Source: Nageia nagi (taxonomy: Eukaryota > Plantae > Pinophyta). Taken from it: a DNA stretch of 64,000 nucleotides. Where the stretch lies: the NCBI GenBank assembly GCA_050084985.1, contig JBITNC010000001.1, positions 97,836,001 to 97,900,000 on the forward strand, written 5' to 3'. This document shows, one piece after another, positions 40,471-53,200 of this stretch (positions within the stretch are counted from its first letter, which is position 1; each line of letters begins with the position of its first letter). Position numbers and translations under genes: made by a program. The notes below the pieces were generated by a model, which was not told the origin of the DNA, searched no databases, and worked only from the letters and a program-made list of their open reading frames with translations.

Positions 40471-41398
40471 TGTTAGGTTTTGGAGTCTAATTTTGACCAA
40501 GTATTGATAAAATAGTTCTCTATTTCCTAATCAGTTTGTAAATGATTGATCCCAAACTAGAGGTGGAAAAAAAGTTAGTTTAGGATTGGCTAAAATTAAG
40601 CTTTGTCTAATTGGAAAAGTTAATTTTAAGATTGGCTAGAATTAAGTTTTTTTATAATTGTAAAAGTTAATTTTAAAATTGGCTAAAATTAAGCTTTTCT
40701 AGTTGTAAACTTTCTAAGTTTGAACTAGGCCTTAAGTGGGGTTTGGGTTAATTATAGGATGCTTGTTTTAGCATGTATGGTTAGGGTTTTGATCTATGAC
40801 TATGTAAGTCATCCATTAAAGAGTTCAAGTTATGAGTTTTCAATGTAGATCAGAGAAAAGCTTAGAGCCTTAAGGAGATTCAAATTAGATTGGAGCAAGG
40901 GCATGGAAAGAGGAAGATCACAATGATATTAACTATAGGTGGTTCCCTTTGCTGCAAGGATTGAGTTAGAGAATTCATTATGAAGAATCAAAAGAATTCT
41001 TATTTATTGGTATCTCTCAACTAGCATCAAGTCATAGGAGATTCTTTTTGTAAGGGTTCTTGGATATACTTCTAGGTAGATAAAACTCGAAAGCTCGTTT
41101 ATGGAGCTTGAAGCTTTCGTATAGAGCTTGTATGCAGTGGAGAAGTGGTAAGATTTCTTTGTATTCGAAGAGGAGGTTACAACTGTTGTGTTGCATGATT
41201 ATTATCTTCAAGGGTTTGTATTGGTAATAATACAAAGATCAAAAAATCTTGGTGGATGTAGCACACATCAGGTGAACCATGTTATATATTGTATTTCTCT
41301 ATACTTGCAAGGTTTATTCTATTGATCTAATAAGTTTTCCCTTTATTATTAGAAGGGTTTACTCTCATGGTCTTCTTTTTGAAGGCTATATCCTAACA
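40471..41398 (+). repeat. LTR2 (928 bp)
   Basis: TGTTAGG...CCTAACA, with the purine tract before and the PBS after. Confidence 0.93.
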
Positions 41399-41400
41399 AT

Positions 41401-41412
41401 TGGTATCAGAGC
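41401..41412 (+). other. Primer-binding site (initiator Met tRNA) TGGTATCAGAGC
   Basis: Canonical plant PBS, 2 nt after the LTR end. Confidence 0.9.
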
Positions 41413-42268
41413 ATGTTAGAGAATCTCTCAAAAAGAAAGAAGGGTTTCTTTAGTTCTAGTGGGAGCATGATAGAAGAAGGAATTTTAAGAAAGCATGGTG
41501 GGCTCATAACCCATTGATCTCATAATAGAGATGGAGGAGGAGGATCAAAAGCAAAGGTACCAGGTGACATGTTACAAGAGGCTTTGATACTTTTTGAAGA
41601 TTGTATTGCTTTTGACTACAAAGGAGGACATGATTATTGTCACTCTTTAGAGGATCATGCAAGATTGTTGGCATAGGCAACTTGGTTTAAGATTGCATTC
41701 AGAATTTTGGAAGGTTGTGGATATGTAGTAAGAAGATAGTTGGCCAATTCTCTTGTTCTATCACTTCTACGGTTTTAAATGTAGCTTGGATTAGAAAGAT
41801 GGTTTCCAATGTATTGTTCTTGACTGTCGAAGAATGAAGATTGGCGAGCAGTGAGAGCAATTAATAAAAAGTAGTTGTGACAGCTAAACATGTCCAGGAG
41901 GATGGGCATGGTATAGATCATGTTGCATGATTATGAGATGGATCAAATAATGCAATTGTGGTAAGTTGCATTATGTGTGAGCATGCTATGTGGACAAGCA
42001 TAGTATGTGGATCTTGTCAAGAATAGTAATGGTGTAATCATCATGATGCATGGGTGATCGTGAAGATGTTGAAATATCACAATTATATGGTAGGTAAGAT
42101 TGTGTGTTGCTTGTTAATCACAAGAAAAGTGTGTGGATGACACGATGGTGGTTCAAAGCATGGATACAACAATTTGGAGGAGTTGGCATTCCTTGTTTGG
42201 TTGAAGAGTTTTCTTCAACAGATGTAACAACGATGGAGTTGTTGTGGATCAATCTCCAAGTGGGAGAT

Positions 42269-43196
42269 TGTTAGGTTTTGCTAATTTCGACCAAGTATTG
42301 ATAAAATAGTTCTTCGTTTCCTAATCGGTTTGTAGATGATTGATCCCAAACTAGGAGTGGAAAAAAAGTTAATTTTAGGATTGGCTACAATTAAGCCTTT
42401 TCTAATTGGTAAAGTTAATTTTAAGATTGGGTAGAATTAAGTTTTTTTATAATTGTAAAAGTTAATTTTAGAATTGGCTAAAATTAAGTTTTTTCTATTT
42501 GTAAACTTTCTAAGTTTGAACTAGGCCTTAAGTGGGGATTGGGTTAATTATAGGATGCTTGTTTTAGCATGTATAGTTAGGGTTTTGATCTATAAGTATG
42601 TAATTCCTCCATTAAAGAGGTCAAATTATGAGTTTTCAATGTAGATCAAAGAGAGGCTTCGAGCCTCAAGGAGCTTCAAAGTAGATTGGAGCAAGGGCAT
42701 AGAAAGAGGAAGATCACAACAATATTTATTGTAGGTGGATCCCTTTGGTGCAAGGATTGAGTTGGACAATTCATTGTGAAGAATCAAAAGAATTCTTATT
42801 TATGGGTGTCTCTCAACTAGCATCAAGATATAGGAGATTCTTTTTTGTAAGGGTTCTTGGATAGACTTCTAGGTAGAAAGAACTCGAAAGCTTCTTTATG
42901 GAGCTTGAAGCTTTGGTATAGAGCTTGCATGCAATGGAGAAGTCGTGGTAAGATTTCTTTGTATTTGAATAGGAGGTTGCAACTGTTGTGTTGCATGATT
43001 GTTCCTTTCAAGGGTTTGTATTGGTAATAATACAAAGATCAAAAAATCTTGGTAGATGTAGCACACATCAAGTGAACCACGTTACATATTGTATTTCTCT
43101 ATACTTGCATGGTTTCTTCTATTGATCTAATAAGTTTTCGCTTTTATTATTAGAAAGGTTTGCTCTCAATATCTTTTTATAGGCTATATTGTAACA
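42269..43196 (+). repeat. LTR3 (928 bp)
   Basis: Direct repeat of LTR2, followed by the TSD TGTAG. Confidence 0.93.
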
Positions 43197-44045
43197 TGTA
43201 GAATACCTTTTGACATAAGAAAATTACATTGAAATAATAAAAGTAATACTACATAACTAAACAAGTAAAATAAGAGCATATTTTAAATGTCTTCTAGAAC
43301 ACAAATTTTATCTTAATAATAAAGACTGAACACTAACTTAACAATAATGTTATTTTTGCATTTAGAATTCCAACTCGTGCCATTTGATGTATCATCTCAT
43401 TGTGAAGTAATTTGACATATTGTGTACATAGCTTATTATATTGTCAACCAATTGTCCTAGCAAAATACACTATATCTGAGAATTTTCAAAACCACCTTTC
43501 AAATAAATGCTTTCACTTTCAATACTCTCCAACAGATGTTAAAAAAACAAAAATTAAAAACAAAAAAATATATCAATTACCATTAATGCTTAGAATGATA
43601 ATTACTTGCAAAACCTACCCACAAAAAGTGGATAGTAATGATTATTATTTGCAAGCTAACCTTGTTATGTTTTACATTTTCATGTAAAAGTCCTAAAACA
43701 ATCTTATAAAAGTTGAAGTGGCATATGGTGCCAACTGCCAAACCTTCCATCCAAAATTAAGATGTATAGTACCACTAGACCATTAATACATTGGACCAGT
43801 AACTTTGAGATTATTGATCATGACATAATTTGCAATTAGTAAGAAAAACAAAATATTTCTCTATACATGAAAGTTATAATAAAAATTTGATTGAATAAAA
43901 AATTAAAATTACAACAAAAATCAAATTCATACTTCTAGACTATAGAAGTACTTTGACTGCATCAAAGAATAAGGATGTTTTCTGCATTTCCTATATCCTG
44001 AAAGACTCTCGATGTCTGCATGCCCTTTGAAACATGTATAAAGCT

Positions 44046-44279
44046 CTAGAGTCCCAATTCCTTCTTCAATCGAGATAATGCAGCTTCAATTTCGTCAATG
44101 TCATTTTCTATATTATTTTCTTGTCTATTTTCTTTAACAGAAGAATCCCCATCCACTCTGGAATTTTCATTGTAACTTCTATTTCCTTCTTGTCCATTTA
44201 TGGGCTCCTCTGCTTCATTGTTCTCTTCAGCAATGTTCAGTTCCTTTTCTAAAAACTCAACAAACTCCTCTCCAAGCTC
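44046..44279 (-). CDS. DnaJ gene, last exon
   Basis: 234 nt open frame [14 protein letters not shown]...LKKELGL*, with a CAG acceptor at 44280-44282. Confidence 0.9.
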   Translation of the reverse strand, partial: ELGEEFVEFLEKELNIAEENNEAEEPINGQEGNRSYNENSRVDGDSSVKENRQENNIENDIDEIEAALSRLKKELGL

Positions 44280-47200
44280 CTGAGGACAATATCATTAAAA
44301 AAAATGTAAAACTAGGTACAAGCTCACCTTTTAAAAAAACCTAGAAGAATCATAATATGACATTGCATCAATTAAATTCACCAATCCAACCTCATAAAAA
44401 TGAAAATTTAACAAAACAATGTTCATGTCCTACAGAAAATGATACGAGATATGAAAGGATGGCTTGGATTTGCAATGCAATATTTATGGTGTCAAATGAA
44501 TCACCGCTTGCTTGAGTTCTTCCCATTTTATCGTGTTTTTTTTCAATCACTGTTTTTTTTTTCATGTTTCTACTTCCTTAAGAAAGTCATTAACTCTCAA
44601 CATCTTTTAATAGATCATCCAATTAGAAGTTATGACGAACAATTGCACAATGCTCTCAAATTTGGCATTCACAAGTATTTTATGAAAATAAATATTCAAT
44701 ATCATCAACCATTTTTACAGGAATGTTTTCACTGAGTTACCTATGTAAACAAAGTCTCCACCACATATGTAGTCTTATTCTCTGTCACAAATATATCTCA
44801 AAATTCCAGTTGTGTGTACGAGTGTTCAATAATTGAGAAATACAATTAGGTCGAAATGATTCTATAATATCATAGACAGTGCTAGATCCAAAAACATCTA
44901 TTTATTTAGATGTACTATGGCATATGGATTTTGAGTGGTTCTCATTCCAAGCTAGATACATATTCTAACCCCTTGTGCATGACTCTCTCAGGTGAAAGAT
45001 CTTAACCATAATAATTCGTTCCGTTCAGCAGTATCTAACCTAAAGAAGTTATCTCATGCAGGAAGAGATCCCATTTGAAACATACAGAGTGCACACGATT
45101 TGTCTGTAGATTCCTGCACATATTTTTCTGTCAAAACAATTGAGCCAATATTAAGAGTGGAAACAGCTCTCACTCACAAGCAAATCAGAACTGTCTTAAT
45201 CAGGTATTCTGTGACATTTGTTCCACATTTGACATCTTTCCACCAAACCCACATAAGAAGGGGCAAGCCACGTCAAATCTATCAAAATGCCTTTCCTAAG
45301 TTCAGACCCTGTCCCCTTCTTCGATTTGCAGGTGGTTGTAGAATCCTAATTACATATACAAAATTGCAGCTTTCAGTTTCAACAGCTAAAGAATTCCTAA
45401 GACCAACAAAATTGAACAGAACATTGATTTTAGGAAAACATTCATGCCAGGAGGTCAAGGGAAAAGATGTCTCTTGCTTGAAAGTGATCAAAATTAGATC
45501 CCAATTGTTGTTGTTTTTAAATTGAATTTGATTCTAAACTGTTTTAATTCAAGACCGTGCCATTGCTATTTCATAAACAACGTGCCTAAAGGAGGCTTCA
45601 GGTTTCATTTCTAGAATAATCCACAGGGCTGAATGAGATCAGTAGATAAGCCCAGTATTATGTATAACATAAGAAGCATACAATTAAGCAAATCCAGGTT
45701 GAATATCCTGCACAGATGAAGTCTCAAAAACCTGAAGTGAATGATCATCTCCAAGCAACTTCAGCTCAGCATGATGAGACAGGCAATATATCCACACATG
45801 GATATTTGTCCAGTGTAAATTTGGTTGATTGAAGTAATGTCTCTAGGAAGCAGATATTATGTACAAAATATCACAATAGATCAAGGTACTCATAACACGT
45901 TTTGTTATGAGCTACAGGGTTTTGGCTTCTAGAAAGGGCAGAAACATGTCAGCTTCAATGATAATTATATATACTCTGTTCTATCTTCTCAACTGAGTGA
46001 ATATCTAGACTGATCTTTGTCATCAAAACTATCTATTTCCCATCTTACATATCTTTTACCTTGTACATATGAGTGATCTAGGAATGTTAAATCTGTTTAT
46101 ACAGGTAAGTTTAGGCCCTGTCACAGCAATCATTTGTGTTAAATGGCTCCCAAGAAGACAGTCAAGATTCTAGAAGAGGACCTCCAACTGGATCCTACGG
46201 TGCTTTTGCAAACATAGCAGAAATGAAGAACAGTAAAATGGCAGATATTTGATTTCTGAATGGAGATTTCAACTGCTTTAAAAAGAAAGGATGAAAATAG
46301 TAAGAAACCTGGGGATTTAATCTAAATATGAAGGAGAAAAGTATATTAAGAACCAGACGTTCTAGACATGGATTACTTTTGCCCTCTTTTATTTAAACTG
46401 GAAGAACAAAACTTGAACAGAAGAAATAGAATAGAACTGTATTTTTGCCCGATAGATAAAGTAAAAGAGAACTTCCTAAGAAGGTATGGGCTCCAACTTG
46501 GGTATTAACTTCCAAGAGCAATATAAGCATGATTTTTAGCCAAGGACTAGTCTTTCCCTTTGACTATCCATACACTAGCATACACCATGCACAGCTTCTT
46601 CTAGAGATTATAGTGCTTTATATAGTTTCTATTTTAATTTTGTCTATCTACATATGGATAAATAACTTAGGTTACTTTTTCCCCTTTGCACATGAAAAAA
46701 TCAGTATTTCCCCTTTCTATGACATAATATGAGGTATTAATCAGAAGCCTCTACCCCTAAACATCCCCTTTTAAGACGGAAACATGCACTTAATGCTCAA
46801 AAATTTAGCCAAAGATAAGCATTGGACCAAAATAAAATGATAGAATAAAAAGGTTCATAAGGTTTGTGCCCAAACAACTAAAGTAATCTATTTCCCTCTC
46901 TATGGTGGAAGCTTAGAAACCAAATCCCTCAAAATGCTTACAAGAATATTTACCATAAACTGCCCTTTCTTTTGCAGAGCTTATGGTCAAAAGGTGATTT
47001 GCAAATTCATCACTCAGCTGCAACACTTAGTCCTGTGCTGGTGGTCTTGGACATGTGCCCTGTCATTGAAACATTTTATGAAATTACATTGAAACATTAA
47101 GCAAACCTCTCTCTTACCAAGTTTGTTTGATAATGTTTTTGCTGAAATTAGTTTCTTAATTCTAGGCTGGAACATGTTGATAGTAATCATCACCTGCTCC

Positions 47201-50200
47201 TCTTCAAATTCTACATGCAACTATTAGCTATGTAACATTCACTGAAGATATTCAACCACTGGGCTCCTAAAACAACATAAGACGCTGCTAACACCATGTA
47301 AAACTCTGAGTTCAATTCATTGTCATTCAATTGTAATTAAATTCCTTTGCACTCCATCATGCTGTCATTGGACAGTGACACCTGAAAATTGTCTCATGGA
47401 ATGACTTTCAGGCCTGCAAATGTCACTAATTTATAATATAGCAAGTTATGAGTGCCTCCAGATTCAGTAAAGCCGACCACAGTTCATGTTTAGGGTTTGA
47501 TAATAGACGATTTCAACATTGTAAAAATTGAAAAGAAGGTATTTCCTGCTGATTTTTGTGGTTGGTGCAGCTACTTCTATTTCTGTTGTTTCTTCATGAT
47601 CAACCCCTACCATGTACTTGTGTTTTTCAGCAACAAACTCGATTATATAAATCCTTCCTTGTGATTTGAACCCATGATCATTAGACCAGATCTTTTTACA
47701 ATTAAAGCAAAACCCCTATGAGCATAAATTATCAATTGCAGCTGGGTTTCATTATTCTTTCCTTAACAGTCCATATTTCATGGAGAAATATGTCCCACAT
47801 GGAAACTAGCTTGTTGAAACTAGTAAGTCATAGTTCCAACCTGTTGCTTCGCATTCTTCTAAGCTGAGAAATTATCTTCTAGGGTGTATGCCTTAAAATT
47901 TTGACAAACAGCAGTTACAAACTGATCCCAAGTAGATATTTCCAACTGATCACCTTCTTTGTCGTCTTCTTACACTCAACCATTCATTACCAATCAAATG
48001 CTGGCCCATCAATGTGTACCATGGCAAAAATAGAATTTTTTCGAATCCTCCGTAGGTTTGATCCAAAAGAAAGAAAAGCGATAACCTATCTATCCAAGCC
48101 CTTGGTTTGATTTGTTCATTGACTTCATCAAACTTGAGATAAGGAATTCTATCTAGTGGCCCCTAATTTATATGTTCCTTTTTGGTTCTCTTGACTAACC
48201 CTCCTTCCTCCAAAAGAGGTGCAATTATCATCATGCTGGTTAGCTTCTCTTCTTTTGTTGCATGTTATCCTATGTTTTTGTTATCTTCCATGCTTCCGTT
48301 TCCTCTTTCCCTCCTTTCCACGAGCATCATAAACAATTGATGAGCTTGGATAATCATGCGATTTCAGACATGAAATTATCAACCAAATGATGGCTCAAAG
48401 ACAAGTCCATTGAAGTTGTGGCACCCACTAGTCCCAAAAAATAGCTATCACACAACCATTACAAGATCAATTGGTTCCTATCGTACTGTTGCAAGCTTGG
48501 CAGAAATTGAGAACTGTAACATGATTTCTGAAACAGTTTTCAACTGCTATAAAATGTATTAACAAAAATAATAGAAAACATATGAATTTTCCCCATATTT
48601 AAGAAAATTCTAAACATGGACTGCTCTGCCTTTTTTCTCTTTAACTGAAAGAGCAAAATTCTCAAGAGAAGAAACAGAACAGAACTGTATTTTATCTGAA
48701 TATATAAAGTGAAAAAGCTTTCCTGAGAAGGGATGTTCTCTAATGCTAAGGATTAGTCTTTCCCTTGCCTTTCCACGCCCTAGCACACATGGCATGCAAC
48801 TTGTGATAACACTTATAAAACCTTTTATAGTTTCTTTTTCATTTGAACTTTTATATCCATCAAAACCAATAAATTTTTTAACCAAATACTCGAACACCTA
48901 CAAGCTTATATCTACATTCTTAAAGCAAACATGATGACTGAATGAATAAAGGACTGCATTTCTCTTAATGATTTAAATAATTAACTTACCTTTTTACACA
49001 AATATCCATGTTTTTAAAATCATTTGGGTCATGAAGATGTTTCACTCATAACTTGCTAAGTAGTAACAAGAAACAATCCTCAACAATGAAACTTGTCATC
49101 CAAGTAAAATTACGTACAGCAAGTTCTTCCCATAAACTCTTTGGTTTGCTTGAAAATCTGCATTAGCTTCCCAGTTACGATATTCTGTTTGCAAATCCTG
49201 GAAGAAGTCTTCTGCAGTAACAAGATTTAAAACTGAATAAAATTAATTCATGTGCATATTGGTAATAGACACATGGTAACTTTTTTCATGATATAGTCTA
49301 CCTCCCTGCACCTATTGTTCCAAAAGTAGGTTCATCAAATCTACCTATATAAATCTGTAGATCTTTCAAAAATTCACCTGCATCATACACACCAGCTCTC
49401 CCATGAGATACTTGCTTACCTTTACAATAGAACATATCCTGGTAGCCATCAGGACACAAGAGAATGACAACTCTATTGCACATTTCTGAAAAACCTAGAA
49501 TCGATTCTAATAACCTGGGATCTAGAGATAATGGATAACTAGTGCTATTCCTGAACAGAAGAATGTATAATGTTGAACCCACACACACCGTATATATAAG
49601 GCAAAAATATTCAAAAGAAATGTTATTAGCATCTTACCCAATCCATAGAACTCTTCTTCATCTCCAGATTGAAAATTTCTCTTAGATCCTTGACTTGAAT
49701 CAGCTTTGCGGTTTCGAAAGCCATACTTAAGACGGGAATTTGAGTCTAACAAAGTATTATATGCATGTTTAATGCGCATAAATTTTCCTGGGCATTAGGC
49801 TGGATCAACAAAGACTATGTCAGATGATAGCAATTTAGAAACTAGATTTAAGGAGTACGACAAGAAAACTGTGCAATAGAATTAGTTTTCTGACATGAAG
49901 TATCAAAATACTATTCCATAAATATGGAGATCTAAACAATGAAATGTATCATCCTGCTTAATCCAAAGAGACAAATAAAAACTGTTATATGTGCATCCAC
50001 AATGTATGTTTTTTCTGGATTTGAAAAATGCGAAAAAAGGTTTATGCAGTTTGCTACTTTTTGACCAACGATTTACACAATCATCTTGCACTTACATTGA
50101 TTGAACAGGGGAAAATATTATGTTTCCAAGCTAGATTGTTTGGTGACTGAATGTATTTGATTCATCATTTGTCTAGTTTCTTAATTCTACCTTTGAGATT

Positions 50201-53200
50201 TCTATGTTGATATTTTTGTGTTAATATACAATAATAACCATTATACAAGATTATGGATCTGCATACAATAAATTAAAGGCATAGGGAACCATGGTTAAAT
50301 TAATCTTACTTCAAGACTTCAAGTTGGACAAATAGTGGAGGACCCTATGGGTGATCAATAATTTCTCATCAGAACTACAACGAAATCTCCAGAGAGATAC
50401 TAAAAAAGTTATAAACCTACTTGTGAATGAATGAACACAAGTAACCAGCCAACAGTATTCTCTGTGAAAGAAAAAGAGATATCAGAACAATGGATAAGCA
50501 TTAATACACAATTACCAAAAACCTATCATAAATATTGCACAAGAATGACTTGTTCCTATTCCAACAGTGATTAACAATGTTACAAATACATGTTGGCCAA
50601 AACCAACCAGAACCTTGTCAACATTTAAATATGCATAGAAATGAAATTCATTGTTCAGGGTTGCACTGGCATTAACAGTGCCCTATAGGAACTGCCCATT
50701 AAAATGCCTAGTATTCCTTTGTATTCAAAGAAATTTGAGATTTCCAATTATCAGTGCTGTCTATTGTCCTACACCTATATATGATACAGACCAGAAAACA
50801 TGTTTACACACCTAAGGGCTGAAATATAAGAAACAAGTAAACAGCTAGAGGAATGAAGAATACATATAACTACGCTTCTTCACAGAGTCAACAAGAAGAT
50901 TCAGAACAGCAAGAAAAACCATAAGCATCAAAATCGGTGGGTAACCAGAAAATTCGCAAAGCCGAGTGGGGATTGCCATGCAACTAGTGCTTGGCTTGCA
51001 AGATTTTATTTTTGGATCTGATGGCGAGTAATCATGAGCTTTTCCGGTGATTAACTCGCCTAAAACTTCCAAATACTAGTTGAGCACAACCCACAAAGTC
51101 GGCAAACTCAGCAAAAACAACGTCGGGTTAAAACTTAAAACACCAAAATGAAATAACATTTCGTCATTCTGTGTGCTCAACTGCTGCAACAGCTAGAAAA
51201 GGAGAAAGGAAGGAAAACAATTCTGTCTCCATCGATCTTTCACCGATTTTTCAGCATTTGCATTCAGGTTTGGCAACTATTTCACATTGTTTGGCATTTT
51301 AACTTGATTTTTTGACTGTTTAGGAGCTGTAAAAACATAAATTACTCGAAGCAATAAGTAAACAACAGTACATTCAAGTTTTCAACATAAATAACTCAGC
51401 CATTCAACATCAGAAGTTAGAACAGAAAACGCTTCTCGTTGGCTGAGGAAAATAAAGTGATTGTTTGACGTCTTGGACAGAGTTTTTAGACAGATTCATT
51501 CACATAACTGATACTTGTGCTGTTCTTATTTAGACAGAGTTTTTGATTGTTTAGGAAGAGGTTATGAATGTTTAGGGCCTTTAGGCAGAGTTTTTGACTA
51601 TCTATGCAGATGTTTTTAATTTTTAAATAGGTAATCATTTGAAAGTGAAACTGATTATTTAACTGTTAACACTTTAACATCAGATCATTTTTTTACTGAA
51701 TTTTTTCTTTCAGCTGCTAGGGTTTGAAATTTGAATTTCAGCTTCAAACATGAGCTCCTCAAGCTCATATGAATGAGACCCCATTTGGAAGCATTGGAAG
51801 ACGGGTCCAAAACCAAACACTACAATATGTAACTACTACAATGCACTAATTCATGGGAGTCCAAACAGAATGAAATATCATGTTGCTAGAATCCCCAATC
51901 ATAATGTCCATTAATGTAACAAAGTTGAGCTTTAAGTGCAGCGGGAAGTCAATGCACAACCAGAAGCTATTAAAGGGAAAAAAAGACAAGGAAGAGAACA
52001 CAAATGGAGATGGCAAGGCCTCCAGTTCCCCCTCCTCCCTCCAGTTTTTCAAATAAGGCTGCAAGCAACATAGGGATAGGGATTAGACATGAGTCTTCTG
52101 CAGCTATATCCGATCCCCAAGCACTATGAGATATGATTTTGTGATTTTTTTGCTTCTCATTCCTCTTCTGATAGACAATCCTAGGGAAAAGATCCAAGAG
52201 GTTAAAAATGCATGTGTCAATTTTTGGTACTTTTCAAACATTCCATTTAATGTGGCAAGATCACCATATTGAGAGAATATGGTGAATGCCATTTCAATTT
52301 GCAGTGAGAGTTCAAAGCATCTACCTATCATGATCTTTAAGGCCCACTTTGATGAAGCTACTGTTAGTATAAATCTTATCATTGAAGAGCAAAAAAAAAT
52401 TGGAAAAAGAAGGGATGTAGCATTTTGAGTGATGGGTGGACTAATGGGAGGGGTCGGACCCTAATCAAGTTTTTGGTATCTTCTGCAGGGGGTCTAGTGT
52501 TTCTCAAATCAGTTGATGCATTGGCTGAAATAAAAAAAGCAAATAACTTGAACATATTGATAGAGAAGGTTATCTTAGAAGTGGGCCCTGAAAACTTCAA
52601 CAAGTTATCACCGATAATATGACCACATGCGTATCAACAGGGAAGATTATTGTGGAGAGGTATCATTCAATTTTCTGGAGTCCATTTGTTGTCCATTACC
52701 TCAATCTCATTCTTGAGGATATTGGGAAAATTATTTGGGTGAAGGAGGCTTGGAAAAAGAAAAAACATAACCAAATTCATCTACCACCACACATAGATTC
52801 TAAATTTGATGAGGTTGGATTTCACACATGGCAAGAAGCTTACATCCAGGCATCACACATTTCACCACCACATTCATTTCATTCCAGAGTCTATATAACT
52901 CAAAAGGTGCACTGAAACAAATGCTTGTGAGCAACAAGTTGACAAGCTCCAAATACGCCCACAAGACCGACATCAAACGACATCATTCAGGTAGGAATTT
53001 GAGAATAATTTAATTTTTCAAATTTTAATTTTTGATTTACTTTTTAATTTATTGCATTGTAGTTTTTTGAGCACTTGGTGAAGGTCATTTGCCTTGTTGA
53101 CCAAAATAAATCCCCTATGGGATACATTTATGAGACAATAGAAATAGAAATAATATTAATATCCATGGGTGACCAAAATAGGTCAATGGGACTCGAAAAG

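Larger units (their letters stand above)
23865..43196 (+). mobile_element. Non-autonomous LTR retroelement in tandem array (LTR-int-LTR-int-LTR; TRIM/LARD-like), TSD TGTAG
   Basis: TGTAG at 23860-23864 and 43197-43201. Three TGTTAGG...TAACA LTRs. Met-tRNA PBS (TGGTATCA) at 27311 and 41401. A purine-rich tract (AAGTGGGAGAT) precedes LTR2 and LTR3. Internal regions of ~870 bp have no long ORF. Confidence 0.92.

Noticed and set aside
41032-43035. Repeated ORFs at 41032-41235, 42823-43035 and 40147-40374
   Set aside because: They are chance antisense ORFs in LTR or internal repeats with no recognisable domain.
45100-45525. 141-aa plus-strand ORF in the DnaJ intron (also 48610-48897)
   Set aside because: No recognisable motif or splice context; likely spurious.
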